Positions 11,507 to 21,487 of a stretch of DNA of 64,000 nucleotides are shown in pieces. Position numbers and translations under genes: made by a program. A model generated the notes under the pieces. It was not told the origin of the DNA. It did not search any database and saw only the letters and a program-made list of their open reading frames with translations. Origin of the DNA: Barthelona sp. PCE (taxonomy: Eukaryota). The stretch lies in assembly GCA_040285745.1 (NCBI GenBank), contig JAUFOR010000002.1, positions 1,674,001-1,738,000 on the forward strand, given 5' to 3'. How positions within the stretch are numbered: the stretch's first letter is position 1; each line of letters opens with the position of its first letter.

Positions 11507-12028
11507 TTTGCTATGACAATTTCCCTCAACTCAACTGAATCAATCAATAAACAAACTAGCTGTTTCCAAAAGCCACAATTATGCTGTATGCAGAACATAA
11601 CATATGCCAAAATATCTGTTTAAAGGAAAGAACACTTGTTTGAAAGCAGGCATTTACTATTGTTTTAACATAAACGACTCAATGATTGTTTTCGAACTGT
11701 TAATGCATTAATATGGGTCTCAAAGTGCTGGGGCATGTGCTATAAAGGCTTTAGAGTACACTATTTGTGCAAAAACTTGCACTATCTGTTTTCTTCCGTA
11801 TACCAAGATTTTATCTCGACTCAATCCTAGATTGTAGTTTTATTCAAGAATTGGCGTATCAAAGAGCAGTAGAAGACGATGTTATCATCCACGTACGACT
11901 ACAATAGTTTACTATTGAATAACTTGTATTTGTATCAGACCCATCGAACAGTACATCTTTAATCATAATAACCGTGTTTCTTATTTGTCCGTATTTTCAT
12001 TTAATAAAAATTTTTTCCAATAAATTTT
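11507..12028 (+). repeat. Left arm of a 522-bp inverted repeat
   Basis: Reverse complement of 15883-16404. One mismatch seen by eye, at 11528. Confidence 0.97.
11767..11953 (+). ncRNA. Candidate H/ACA-like RNA, copy A1 (possibly snR30/U17-like)
   Basis: Hairpin, then ANANNA (AGAAGA/AGACGA), then hairpin, then ACA-GTA. Stems covary with the paralog at 12326-12505. Confidence 0.6.
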
Positions 12029-12325
12029 AGTGGTTGATATTTATCAATCAATCCTGCACATGTTGCCCATATTCAGCAGCACAATTTCAGTGCTAAGCTC
12101 AAATCAAACATTTGCAAAAAAAAACAAGAAGTCGATCATATAGTGGCATTAAATCGTCATAATCATGCGAAAACCCAAAAATAAGACAATAAAACGTTAG
12201 TAAAGAAAAAAATCAATATCCTAGAACAATGCAGGGTACAAAAACTTTTAAAAAGCCGTTTTGCCTCATTTTATTAATACACATGGGTTTGTTTGGGAAT
12301 TAGTGGTGCACTTAACTTGCTTAGA

Positions 12326-12512
12326 TGTAGAAAAACCTGCACTATCATTTCTTCGTGTTATCATGCGTTCTTCTCGTTGCTTTCGAGCAATTGTTTTCAC
12401 AACGCGGCGTATCAATAGAAATGTAGAGAGTATTTGATGTTATCATCCACGTGCGACTACAATAGGTAACCTATTGAATAACTCGTTCTTGAATCAGACC
12501 CATCGTCCAATT
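12326..12512 (+). ncRNA. Diverged paralog B of the candidate H/ACA-like RNA
   Basis: Shares TGCACTATC, GGCGTATCAA, GATGTTATCATCCACGTRCGACTACAATAG and ATCAGACCCATCG with A1. H box is AGAGTA; CCA stands in place of ACA. Confidence 0.55.
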
Positions 12513-12759
12513 TTTATTCATAATTATGTGTATATTTACCCTGTTTCCCCAACAATAATAATAAAATGCTCTTGCAGTGTTGAGGTTTCAAATAATGTTT
12601 TTATTCTTTAGTATTTTCTCTAAAACATATTAAATTGGTGCTCTGTCCATTTGTATATTAATTAGAATGCGCTTCCATGAAAAATTAGCTAAAAAAAAAG
12701 AAGAATTTGCCGGAATAACTGCGACTTGCACATAAGAGCTTTACAACAAATAGATATCA

Positions 12760-15036
12760 TTAGAAACGGTTGATTCCAAACAGCTGGTCTATCAAATTAA
12801 CAATAGTCCACTCTCTTCCTCTCTCCGTCATTGAACGCGGGAAGTTATGGAAGTGAGTCAGCGACTCAAAGTACAATTTGTCCAACATTTCTGATGCACG
12901 ATGTTCAGTAATCCTCCGCAATAAATTCTGAACGCCAAAGTACCAATCTTTTGAGCTCCAGGCTATCAATGCCCGAATATAATATGCAAACTTGTACAAT
13001 TGTGAATCATCATACTTCCCGCTATTTAATATTGGAATCAGCTCCTCTATTGATCGCAAAAAGCGGGCATCGTCCCAATCTAACCCCACTAACACGCCAC
13101 AGTTCGCGTTGATAAACGGATACTCATAACGACCAATTTTCACCCATTGTGGATTCTCCAAAGTGCGCTCTGCAATTGTTTTAAAACCTGGCGTCTCCGA
13201 TGGATAAATAACAATAGGGTTCAGGTAACGCTTCTCAATTGTAGAATCAACTTTCCTCCTCAACCTAGGATAAAGACCATTAAATGTGTCTTCGCGGTTT
13301 TCTGAACGACTTTCAACATACGCACGTGCCCAATGTACCGATAGGGGCAAGTTGTCTATTCCCAGGTGTGGATATTCCTCAGGCGATAACATAGTGTGTG
13401 TTCCTGGATTGTTGTAATCACGCAGGAAACTATTAATGAACATTCGTAGACGTGGAAGTTCAATCTGAGTGCGATTGTGTGTTCTTAAATGAGGTTTAAT
13501 GAATTCAAACATAGAAATCAGATCAAGATCTGCATCACGACCATGATGTCTGTGCACTGGTCTACCACCATCATATACTTCACGCTGTTCAAAATGATCA
13601 TAATTAATATTCTCCCAATAATATGGGGCACGACAGAACACGTTAAAGAATTCATTGTCTTCACCAATCTTGTTCTTTAGTGTGGACAATGATGTATAAT
13701 CGAAAAGTTGAGCCCAAAACTGAATAAGAGATGTTTCATTACTTCTCTGCATAACAATTTTCTGTAAATCTTCAACAAGTTCTTCATTGTAATGCTTGTA
13801 CATAACAACATAATCATCCGCATCTGCGTTCCAATCATTAACTTCAAAACCAAAAGCGTTCATTTGATCAGAACGATATGAATAAAGGTAAGAAGTGTCA
13901 GTGATGTTCATGCAATGCAACCAGCACCACATTATTGCAAATATTGCAAATTTCTCTCGTTCTTGATCAAATGTCATGTAATAAGTGTCATAAAAAATAT
14001 CCAAATACTGAGATACACTAAGCAGTTCTTCAATATTAGGTAATGTGAGGAAATACTTCGTCGCAACTTCTATAAGCGGAGAGGGTGTTGCATAATGATC
14101 TTCCATAAATGTAAGAGACTCTCTAAATATATCATCAACAATCGGTTTTGTAATCTCAATTGGCTGTGAGAAAAAATTTCTAAACGTATAAATCTTTTCC
14201 AAATACGTTCCTCTATTCATATAGTGCATGAATATTCTACGCCCATCAATCTTTGGGCTCAATGATGGGATCTTCATGAATAATATATCAAGTGGAATTT
14301 CACCATATCGAACCGTGACATTTCTTTGCGACAAGCAATCAAGAATACCGGGGTACTTTTCGACTGAAAGGTTAACGTAGTGTGGCTTAAGCATTGGAAG
14401 AGCAACCTTACCATTACGGTAAAACCGCTTAAACATCATGTAAACAGTCTCCTCCCAACAGGAGTGGAAATCGGATTTCCAATCAACGTTAAAGTCATTG
14501 AAAAATGTGTGAATATACTCTGGTAAAATTGTCGAACCAAGTGAGTGAAAATCCCACCAAAAATCAATGACTTCATCCGTTGATCCTTGTTTAAACTGAA
14601 ATCCTAATTTGTAAGCAATAAAGAATACAGGGAACACGTCAAATATGCTCTTCTCGTGCTCATCTAATCGATTATAAAATTGGAAATAAAGACGCTGGTA
14701 AAGTGGCTCTTCTCCCTCATGCTCTTCTTCTTCACCAAAGTATTCGATATAGTATGGACCCGGGTGTGCATCTTTCATATCAACATATGTATTCAAAAGC
14801 TTCTTCCACTGATTTAAAGTGAGAGAATTTGGTTTAACAGATCTAATTCCTGTTTCAAGAATATTGTGCAAAAATATGGCACCATATTCATGACTTGCTA
14901 TCGCTAAAAGCAGATCGTATGATATTGAACGAGAAGAACATATGTGATCCACACAAATATTGTATCTTCCTGAGTTAAAAGATGTTACAAAATGATCCTC
15001 GCAGTTTAAATTGTGTCTAAATTCAGGTTTCTCCAT
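12760..15036 (-). CDS. Orphan 758-aa protein rich in aromatic residues, function unknown
   Basis: Long intact ORF. No recognisable motif and no transposase signature seen. Confidence 0.8.
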   Translation of the reverse strand: MEKPEFRHNLNCEDHFVTSFNSGRYNICVDHICSSRSISYDLLLAIASHEYGAIFLHNILETGIRSVKPNSLTLNQWKKLLNTYVDMKDAHPGPYYIEYFGEEEEHEGEEPLYQRLYFQFYNRLDEHEKSIFDVFPVFFIAYKLGFQFKQGSTDEVIDFWWDFHSLGSTILPEYIHTFFNDFNVDWKSDFHSCWEETVYMMFKRFYRNGKVALPMLKPHYVNLSVEKYPGILDCLSQRNVTVRYGEIPLDILFMKIPSLSPKIDGRRIFMHYMNRGTYLEKIYTFRNFFSQPIEITKPIVDDIFRESLTFMEDHYATPSPLIEVATKYFLTLPNIEELLSVSQYLDIFYDTYYMTFDQEREKFAIFAIMWCWLHCMNITDTSYLYSYRSDQMNAFGFEVNDWNADADDYVVMYKHYNEELVEDLQKIVMQRSNETSLIQFWAQLFDYTSLSTLKNKIGEDNEFFNVFCRAPYYWENINYDHFEQREVYDGGRPVHRHHGRDADLDLISMFEFIKPHLRTHNRTQIELPRLRMFINSFLRDYNNPGTHTMLSPEEYPHLGIDNLPLSVHWARAYVESRSENREDTFNGLYPRLRRKVDSTIEKRYLNPIVIYPSETPGFKTIAERTLENPQWVKIGRYEYPFINANCGVLVGLDWDDARFLRSIEELIPILNSGKYDDSQLYKFAYYIRALIAWSSKDWYFGVQNLLRRITEHRASEMLDKLYFESLTHFHNFPRSMTERGREWTIVNLIDQLFGINRF

Positions 15037-15882
15037 AAAAAAACTGATTCAAGTGAAAGAAAGTGAACAAAACAAAAACAGTTCAACACGCTTAAATGCG
15101 TTAATATCACTTACCAAAAAACTGTTTTGTCAAACGCATACATTTAGGATGGAACAAAAAGTATATTATCATTAAGAAAAGCTGTTTTTACGCTATAGCT
15201 CAAATGCATGTTCTTAGTCGTCCAAATTTTCTCTGCATTACATACATTGTGTTTCTGACAGCGTGTTTTATAATAATAATAACAGAAATTCATTTACATT
15301 CAAAATAGAAATTTTTTTAACATAATAATTTCTCTTTAAAAGGGATTTCTTCACAAAATAAAATTGCATATATGAATTTATTTGCTTTTCAAAAGAAAAT
15401 CTGTCAAATTAGGTTGAGCAGAAATTATTTTTAGACAGGTTTTCGTATAGCTATTATAAAGCATATTTATAAATTTATTTAATACTTGTTTAAATTATGA
15501 AATGAGAATTAATGTACTAAAATACTGTATTATCCTTATACGTGAAGAAAAAAAAAACACCCAAAAAATGTCTATGAATAGTAAAATTTTGTCAGTAAAT
15601 ATAGCACAACAATTATTAAGATAAGTAAAAACACTTTTTGGTGACTGATACTTGTGTATGTTTTTTAGTAACTTTTGTGGAATGATTTATGGAAAAATAG
15701 CATTGTTATGGAATTATTAAAGAACAACAATTAAACTAAATCCATATTTATGGATTCAAACACTGTATAAAAAAATTTTCTTATCAATTGTTACAAATTT
15801 ATGGATATTGTCTCTGCAACAACACATTAGATATGTACTACATGTGTATTTCAATCATTTAGAAATACGTTTTCTATGAAGG

Positions 15883-16404
15883 AAAATTTATTGGAAAAAA
15901 TTTTTATTAAATGAAAATACGGACAAATAAGAAACACGGTTATTATGATTAAAGATGTACTGTTCGATGGGTCTGATACAAATACAAGTTATTCAATAGT
16001 AAACTATTGTAGTCGTACGTGGATGATAACATCGTCTTCTACTGCTCTTTGATACGCCAATTCTTGAATAAAACTACAATCTAGGATTGAGTCGAGATAA
16101 AATCTTGGTATACGGAAGAAAACAGATAGTGCAAGTTTTTGCACAAATAGTGTACTCTAAAGCCTTTATAGCACATGCCCCAGCACTTTGAGACCCATAT
16201 TAATGCATTAACAGTTCGAAAACAATCATTGAGTCGTTTATGTTAAAACAATAGTAAATGCCTGCTTTCAAACAAGTGTTCTTTCCTTTAAACAGATATT
16301 TTGGCATATGTTATGTTCTGCATACAGCATAATTGTGGCTTTTGGAAACAGCTAGTTTGTTTATTGATTGATTCAGTTGAGTAGAGGGAAATTGTCATAG
16401 CAAA
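15883..16404 (-). repeat. Right arm of the 522-bp inverted repeat
   Basis: Reverse complement of 11507-12028. Confidence 0.97.
15958..16144 (-). ncRNA. Candidate H/ACA-like RNA, copy A2
   Basis: Identical inverted copy of A1 inside the right repeat arm. Confidence 0.6.
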
Positions 16405-16549
16405 TACTCTATGGTTAATTCTAAGGTTTGTCACCATAAATGTTTATAAAAGATCCATATGCCAAAAGAATACTTGAAAAGACATAGAAACTCAGTGATT
16501 CTTGTTTCCCCTTTCTTGTCCCTCTTACGACTAATTTTTTGTTCATAAT

Positions 16550-17167
16550 ATGAGTGCTGCAGCATTAATCGCCAAACTTAACGCCCAAAATGCACCCGTT
16601 GGGAACTCACCACAAAATCGTCCTAAACCTAATAATCCAAAACGTAGTTCAGTCAGGGATTTAGGAAAAATGCTTGCGTCTAACCAAAATGCAATGATGG
16701 GTATGATGGGTCAACAGCAAAAGACGAGATCAGCACCCCTGGGTACTGTATCTGCAACAATTCCTGAAACATTATCAATTGAAGGTGTTTTTTTGGTAGC
16801 AAAGGAGATGATCACCGGGTATGAGACAACAGAGAGTACAAGAGGTCTTGTTTCAGCAATGAAAATCGTTTCAGACACTAATGATGATCCTAATCCTAAC
16901 AGAAATAAGCTAAACGAGTTTTTGCGAGAGAATCTGTATGATTTAGAAACGTATGATATGATGGGATCTTTCTTATTGGAATTTTTCATTAGACTTGGTT
17001 CTTTTTGCAGTCTTATGAATCCCACTACCCTTCCAAAGACCGAAGTTCGCTCCACTAACCGAAATCAACCAACTATGCAGCCTAAATCCATTGTTTCTAA
17101 GGTTTCATCAGAAAAAATTAACAGATCGAATCTTCTTGATGATCTAAGTGATTCTGACGAAGAGTAA
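16550..17167 (+). CDS. Hypothetical protein with low-complexity termini
   Basis: 205-aa ATG ORF preceded by a pyrimidine-rich upstream motif. Confidence 0.75.
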   Translation: MSAAALIAKLNAQNAPVGNSPQNRPKPNNPKRSSVRDLGKMLASNQNAMMGMMGQQQKTRSAPLGTVSATIPETLSIEGVFLVAKEMITGYETTESTRGLVSAMKIVSDTNDDPNPNRNKLNEFLRENLYDLETYDMMGSFLLEFFIRLGSFCSLMNPTTLPKTEVRSTNRNQPTMQPKSIVSKVSSEKINRSNLLDDLSDSDEE

Positions 17168-17369
17168 ATTGTATAGAATTATTTCTATGTTGCTAAAAAA
17201 CGTGTTTACAGGAATTAAACAGTACCTGTTGAAGAAAAATCTACTTTTCAATGATTTCAACACAATTTCCCCTCAAGATCATTTTCAAAAGCAACTATAT
17301 GCCAATTTCAAGTGAAATAGAATAGTTGGTGGACTTTGAGCCTGTTTTTTGCAGTATCACCCATTTCCA

Positions 17370-18674
17370 ATGCGAAAGGTTAAAATCACACACGATCGGA
17401 GCTCATATGAGATTGAAGTATGTGAAACATCCCCTATTATTTTGGCTGTGAGGGAAGCAGTTCGCAATATTGAGAACATTGATTCAGGAATCGAATACAG
17501 CTTTTATGCACAAGAAGGTCGCAAGCAAGTTTTAGTTGATAGCATATCAACATTACGAGGACGACCAGAATTAATTTTGAAAAGAAGAATAGTTTCTAAG
17601 AAGCCATCTTTACTTGTATTCCGTACTCCAACAGGTACAAAGAGGGGGAGATTTGAACCCACCACAACACTGGGTGATATTTTACGGGAACTTGATATTC
17701 CATTAAAAACCGAATCTGGTTCTATCCGTGTTAGTTATGGAGGTCATTTACATCCTGTAGACATGCTAGATGAGATATCGGTTGCGGATATATCAACAGA
17801 AAGTACGATGATGTGTTTTGTTGAGTACATTCAGGCAGAAACCGAGGTTGAAATAGATGCTGAACATGTACAGCTTAAGGAAGAAGTAGAAGAGAAAACC
17901 GTTGTGGGGGAGGAATCAATAATGGAGAAGGTTGAGACACCAAACATTGAGACACATCCAGTTGAGAACGAAAGTCCAGTTGAAGAAATGGAACCTATCA
18001 ATGAACCATCATTGGAGTTCAGACCCTTTCCAAGTGAAGAACCAAGGAAAACTGCGAAAAAAAGCAGAGGTTTAATGGGGGCATTAAAAGCTGTACGAGA
18101 AACTAAGATGGAGGAGGTGTTGGAAGAACCCAGCGTTGAGCATGAAAAAGAAGAGGAACCTAAGGAACGATTTTGGGGACGTCCAGCAACAACTGGTGGG
18201 GCTAGAGTAGTGAAAAAAACTATTAACAAAGAAGAAGAAGAACAAAAGCAACTAAGACGCGAAGAAATGTCCATTTATTTGGGTATTCTCGAGAGAGAAC
18301 AGACAAAGAAACAAATGCTACAGAAATTTTTGACTGCCGAACAAAGAGAGCGATTGATGAAGGCTCATATTAAAGAGTATGATACTTGTGTTATCGATGT
18401 TGTCTGTACAGCAACGAACGAGCACGCTTACATCACTCTTGATTCCAATAGTTCGACCCGTGTCATTGCTGATATGCTGGAAGAACAGGCTGGTATCTTA
18501 CTCACAGAAAATGTGTCGTTGAGGACAATGCTTGGCCCCCTTGATATGAATATCAGCCTTAAGGAAGCTGATTTAGTACCAGCAGGTCGCGTCTTGTTAA
18601 CGGGTGAAGTGAGTTTCTCATCTGCTTTCCTTGAAGAACATTCTAGTTTTACATTCCCAGAGGCCAGGGAGTGA
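17370..18674 (+). CDS. TUG/ASPSCR1-like UBL/UBX-domain p97 cofactor
   Basis: N-terminal ubiquitin-like domains and a C-terminal UBX-like SLKEADLVPAG. First ATG is at 17370. Confidence 0.6.
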   Translation: MRKVKITHDRSSYEIEVCETSPIILAVREAVRNIENIDSGIEYSFYAQEGRKQVLVDSISTLRGRPELILKRRIVSKKPSLLVFRTPTGTKRGRFEPTTTLGDILRELDIPLKTESGSIRVSYGGHLHPVDMLDEISVADISTESTMMCFVEYIQAETEVEIDAEHVQLKEEVEEKTVVGEESIMEKVETPNIETHPVENESPVEEMEPINEPSLEFRPFPSEEPRKTAKKSRGLMGALKAVRETKMEEVLEEPSVEHEKEEEPKERFWGRPATTGGARVVKKTINKEEEEQKQLRREEMSIYLGILEREQTKKQMLQKFLTAEQRERLMKAHIKEYDTCVIDVVCTATNEHAYITLDSNSSTRVIADMLEEQAGILLTENVSLRTMLGPLDMNISLKEADLVPAGRVLLTGEVSFSSAFLEEHSSFTFPEARE

Positions 18675-18720
18675 TTATAGGCCAAATATTTTAATTAAAA
18701 ATAAAAATTAATGAATTTAA

Positions 18721-19716
18721 TTAGACAGCATCGTTTTTGTCGTTATTCTTCTTGTTGTTTTTGTCTTTATCTTCCCTGACGGCCTCATATACCGACAGAC
18801 CCATACCAGAGGACATAAACACTATACCACCAATGAAGATTAGATTGATCGCCATGTTATCAAAAAGAGCACCAAAAATTCCGGAGAAAATGGGCTGTAA
18901 CAATAAAAAGAGCCCTGTAATTGCAGCAGACTTCATTTTAGCGTTACAATATGCATAAAGCAAAGTGTTGGCACTCATTATAACACTGTTATAAACAATT
19001 GTGGGGAGATACTCGAACTTATATGACCAAGGATTAGGTTGGAAGAATTCTAATAGGACAATAAGTGGTGTACCAAATAAATAAGTATAGAAACAGAACC
19101 ATCTTTGAGAAATTTTTCCGTCCTTCGTAATGTCATGTTGCAAAGCTAAATACCATCCAAAAAGCATTACGTTAGCGAGCAAAGACATGAACCCCCAAAT
19201 ATTATCAGCTTTGAGTGGTTGGGCAAAGGCAGATAAACCAATTCCGGCAAAACAAACTAGATAACCGATTGTTTTGCGGACATTAGCCGTAATACTCTCC
19301 GTCTTGTATATTATAGAAAAGATCCATGCGAAAACTGATATTCCCATCATCATTGTACCCACAAGACGAACATTTGTTAATGAAATACCATAGAAGATCG
19401 TCCATTGAATTGCAAATACGTACATGACACCAGCCCCTGCCAATGTAAGAACTTCTTTACGTGTAAATTTTGGATTAGGTGTACCATTGGGAGCAAATAT
19501 GGTAAACAGGTAAAAAAACAATAAACTGATAGGGGCTGCGGTTGCAGCAAGAAGAATAGGGGGAACAGGAACGCGATTTGTGAGGATGGATTGACAAACA
19601 TACAGTATCTCAACTACGACTAAAAGCAGGTAAGGTATAGCGATTTGAAAGCCTGATTTCTGTTCAAAATAAACATGTTGTGCACTATCCTGTACGTCTT
19701 GAAGCTCAGTTTCCAT
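18721..19716 (-). CDS. DMT/EamA-superfamily transporter
   Basis: About 10 TM segments in two repeats, with an LLQPIFSGIFG motif. Confidence 0.8.
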   Translation of the reverse strand: METELQDVQDSAQHVYFEQKSGFQIAIPYLLLVVVEILYVCQSILTNRVPVPPILLAATAAPISLLFFYLFTIFAPNGTPNPKFTRKEVLTLAGAGVMYVFAIQWTIFYGISLTNVRLVGTMMMGISVFAWIFSIIYKTESITANVRKTIGYLVCFAGIGLSAFAQPLKADNIWGFMSLLANVMLFGWYLALQHDITKDGKISQRWFCFYTYLFGTPLIVLLEFFQPNPWSYKFEYLPTIVYNSVIMSANTLLYAYCNAKMKSAAITGLFLLLQPIFSGIFGALFDNMAINLIFIGGIVFMSSGMGLSVYEAVREDKDKNNKKNNDKNDAV

Positions 19717-19885
19717 TTTTTATAAGGAAATAAGGGACTAAATGAAGTAGTACCCCATCCCAAGCTCAGAAATTCTCATCCTTCAAAGACCACTTCCTTG
19801 GGCAGGAACACAGGGTAAATCGTACCCCTATGGATTGTAGCAAATTCGAATCAGTTGCTGATTGAAAAGTTAACAATTTTATGTT

Positions 19886-21121
19886 TTACACAGAGAAATA
19901 TATGTCTTTAAAATTCTCCAAAGGAATGTTATTGCCGTCTGAACCTACGATAGGAATGTTGTTAACTCTCATTTCATCGATATAATTCTTTAAAAAGATT
20001 CTACCCTCAGGGTCAATCATCAGTTGATCTTGTGAAGAGACAGGTCTGTCGCAGTTCTGCGGGTGTATAATACTCTTATGTCTGAGACAAGGTAAAATAT
20101 TCTCGGATTTGATGCATTTGTTGAAGGTCTTACATGTCGGACATGAAACTCTGAAGCAACTTGATTCATTACACATGGTATCGTATGTAACACAGACTCC
20201 TGCAGTGACAACATGCTCAAGTGATGTGCTTTCCAAATCATACACTTCAATAAATACATTCCAGAAGGCTTCACGAAGATCCGTTTTAATCTCAATTTTT
20301 TCAATCTCTTGAATCAATGTATTCTTGAACGGCTCAATGCCCGTGTACAGCAGGGTGACACTGAGGGTACGCAACTGTTCAATGGTGTGTTTTGGTGCAC
20401 CTCTAATGTCACAAGTGACGTGATCACGTAAGTGCTCAATGAACGAGGCAATCAAATTAAAGTCACGCGGTGTCTCAATAAGCTGGGTTGCCATAGTCTT
20501 GAGTCCGCTGAGGAAAAGGTCAAATTTAAAGGAACGGTGTTTCTCTTCAATGACACTACGATGAACCTTGAACCAATCGACGGCGGGGGTTACGTTTCCA
20601 TTACTGAGTTCGTCACTGATGAGGATCGCATCTCTGAGCGGGGTGATCAGGCTTTCAGCAAAACCTGAATTGCGTAACTCTTCAGAACAGAATGAGTTGA
20701 AATTGTGCAAAATGGAGAGTGCATCCTTTGCAAAGCCTTCCCTGATGAGATAAGGGATGAGAAGGATGATTATGTAGTCGGAGAGACGCTCCTTAGGGTT
20801 AGATGCATCAAAGTGCTCGATAATTGATACTTGCTTCTGCACTGTTTCCATGAAATCATCCATGATTCCAATAAGCTCCTCATACTCGGGGATTACCTCC
20901 TCAAGAAGAGCTTGTACAATGTCTAGCTGGTCAGGATCCTGCATCAATTCTTCAATTTTTTGTAATTGGGCCAAGACTTTGCCAAATCGGTCAGAATGCT
21001 GTAAAGTATCAACAACGACTGAGGAGATGTTGAAAGTGGGAACAAAGTTATTCTCAAAGGATTTGGAACTGTTGGAAGGTGGGATCACATCTTTACGCTT
21101 AACTTGTTTTGTTCTTGCCAT
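19886..21121 (-). CDS. GID/CTLH E3 ligase subunit, MAEA/Fyv10(Gid9)-like
   Basis: LisH-like YLIREGF..DA, CTLH-like L..GNVTPAVDW, and CPTC...LP followed by a degenerate RING region. Confidence 0.7.
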   Translation of the reverse strand: MARTKQVKRKDVIPPSNSSKSFENNFVPTFNISSVVVDTLQHSDRFGKVLAQLQKIEELMQDPDQLDIVQALLEEVIPEYEELIGIMDDFMETVQKQVSIIEHFDASNPKERLSDYIIILLIPYLIREGFAKDALSILHNFNSFCSEELRNSGFAESLITPLRDAILISDELSNGNVTPAVDWFKVHRSVIEEKHRSFKFDLFLSGLKTMATQLIETPRDFNLIASFIEHLRDHVTCDIRGAPKHTIEQLRTLSVTLLYTGIEPFKNTLIQEIEKIEIKTDLREAFWNVFIEVYDLESTSLEHVVTAGVCVTYDTMCNESSCFRVSCPTCKTFNKCIKSENILPCLRHKSIIHPQNCDRPVSSQDQLMIDPEGRIFLKNYIDEMRVNNIPIVGSDGNNIPLENFKDIYFSV

Positions 21122-21487
21122 TTTTGACGGTGTAAACAGGTTGTTGGTAATTTAGAAAAGAGGATATAAGGAAAAACAAAAAAATTCTGTAAAAATTTGG
21201 ACTTTTTGCCTATTTTGTTGTGACAAAGGGTTAATCGTTGAGTTTATCAACAAAATAAGGTATGTTGGCGTCAATATATGTGCTGTTTGATTTTTGGTAC
21301 TTTATTACTATTTCAAAGGAATTATGGACATTAATGTTGGTTATAGTTATGCTACACTTTTTAAGAAGCATTCAGTTGTGTGCAGGATTGTCGAACAAAA
21401 TTAGCTTTGTTAAAAATTTTATCCACTCTTTAAGCTTGTTGGACATTTTCATTTGTTGTCTTCCTTATTCTATCATATAGTATATTC

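Noticed and set aside
10357-11610. 417-aa antisense ORF and 233-aa alternative-frame ORF over beta-tubulin
   Set aside because: Shadow ORFs caused by the strong codon bias of the tubulin gene.
11767-12512. U1, U2, U3, U5, U6, SRP, RNase P or telomerase identity for the repeated RNA
   Set aside because: The diagnostic motifs (ACTTAC, GTGTAGTA, box A, GCCTTTTAC, ACAGAGA, P4 pairing, telomeric template) are not present in both paralogs.
15965-16030. 5S rRNA-like words (GTCTGAT, AAGTTA, GTACGTGGATG) on the opposite strand of the repeated RNA
   Set aside because: The 5S helices cannot be formed and the sequence is too AT-rich. Likely coincidence.
21260-21480. 221-nt 5'UTR intron (GTATGT...CATATAG) with internal stems
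   Set aside because: The branch spacing does not fit and there is no reading-frame test. Not supportable without RNA data.
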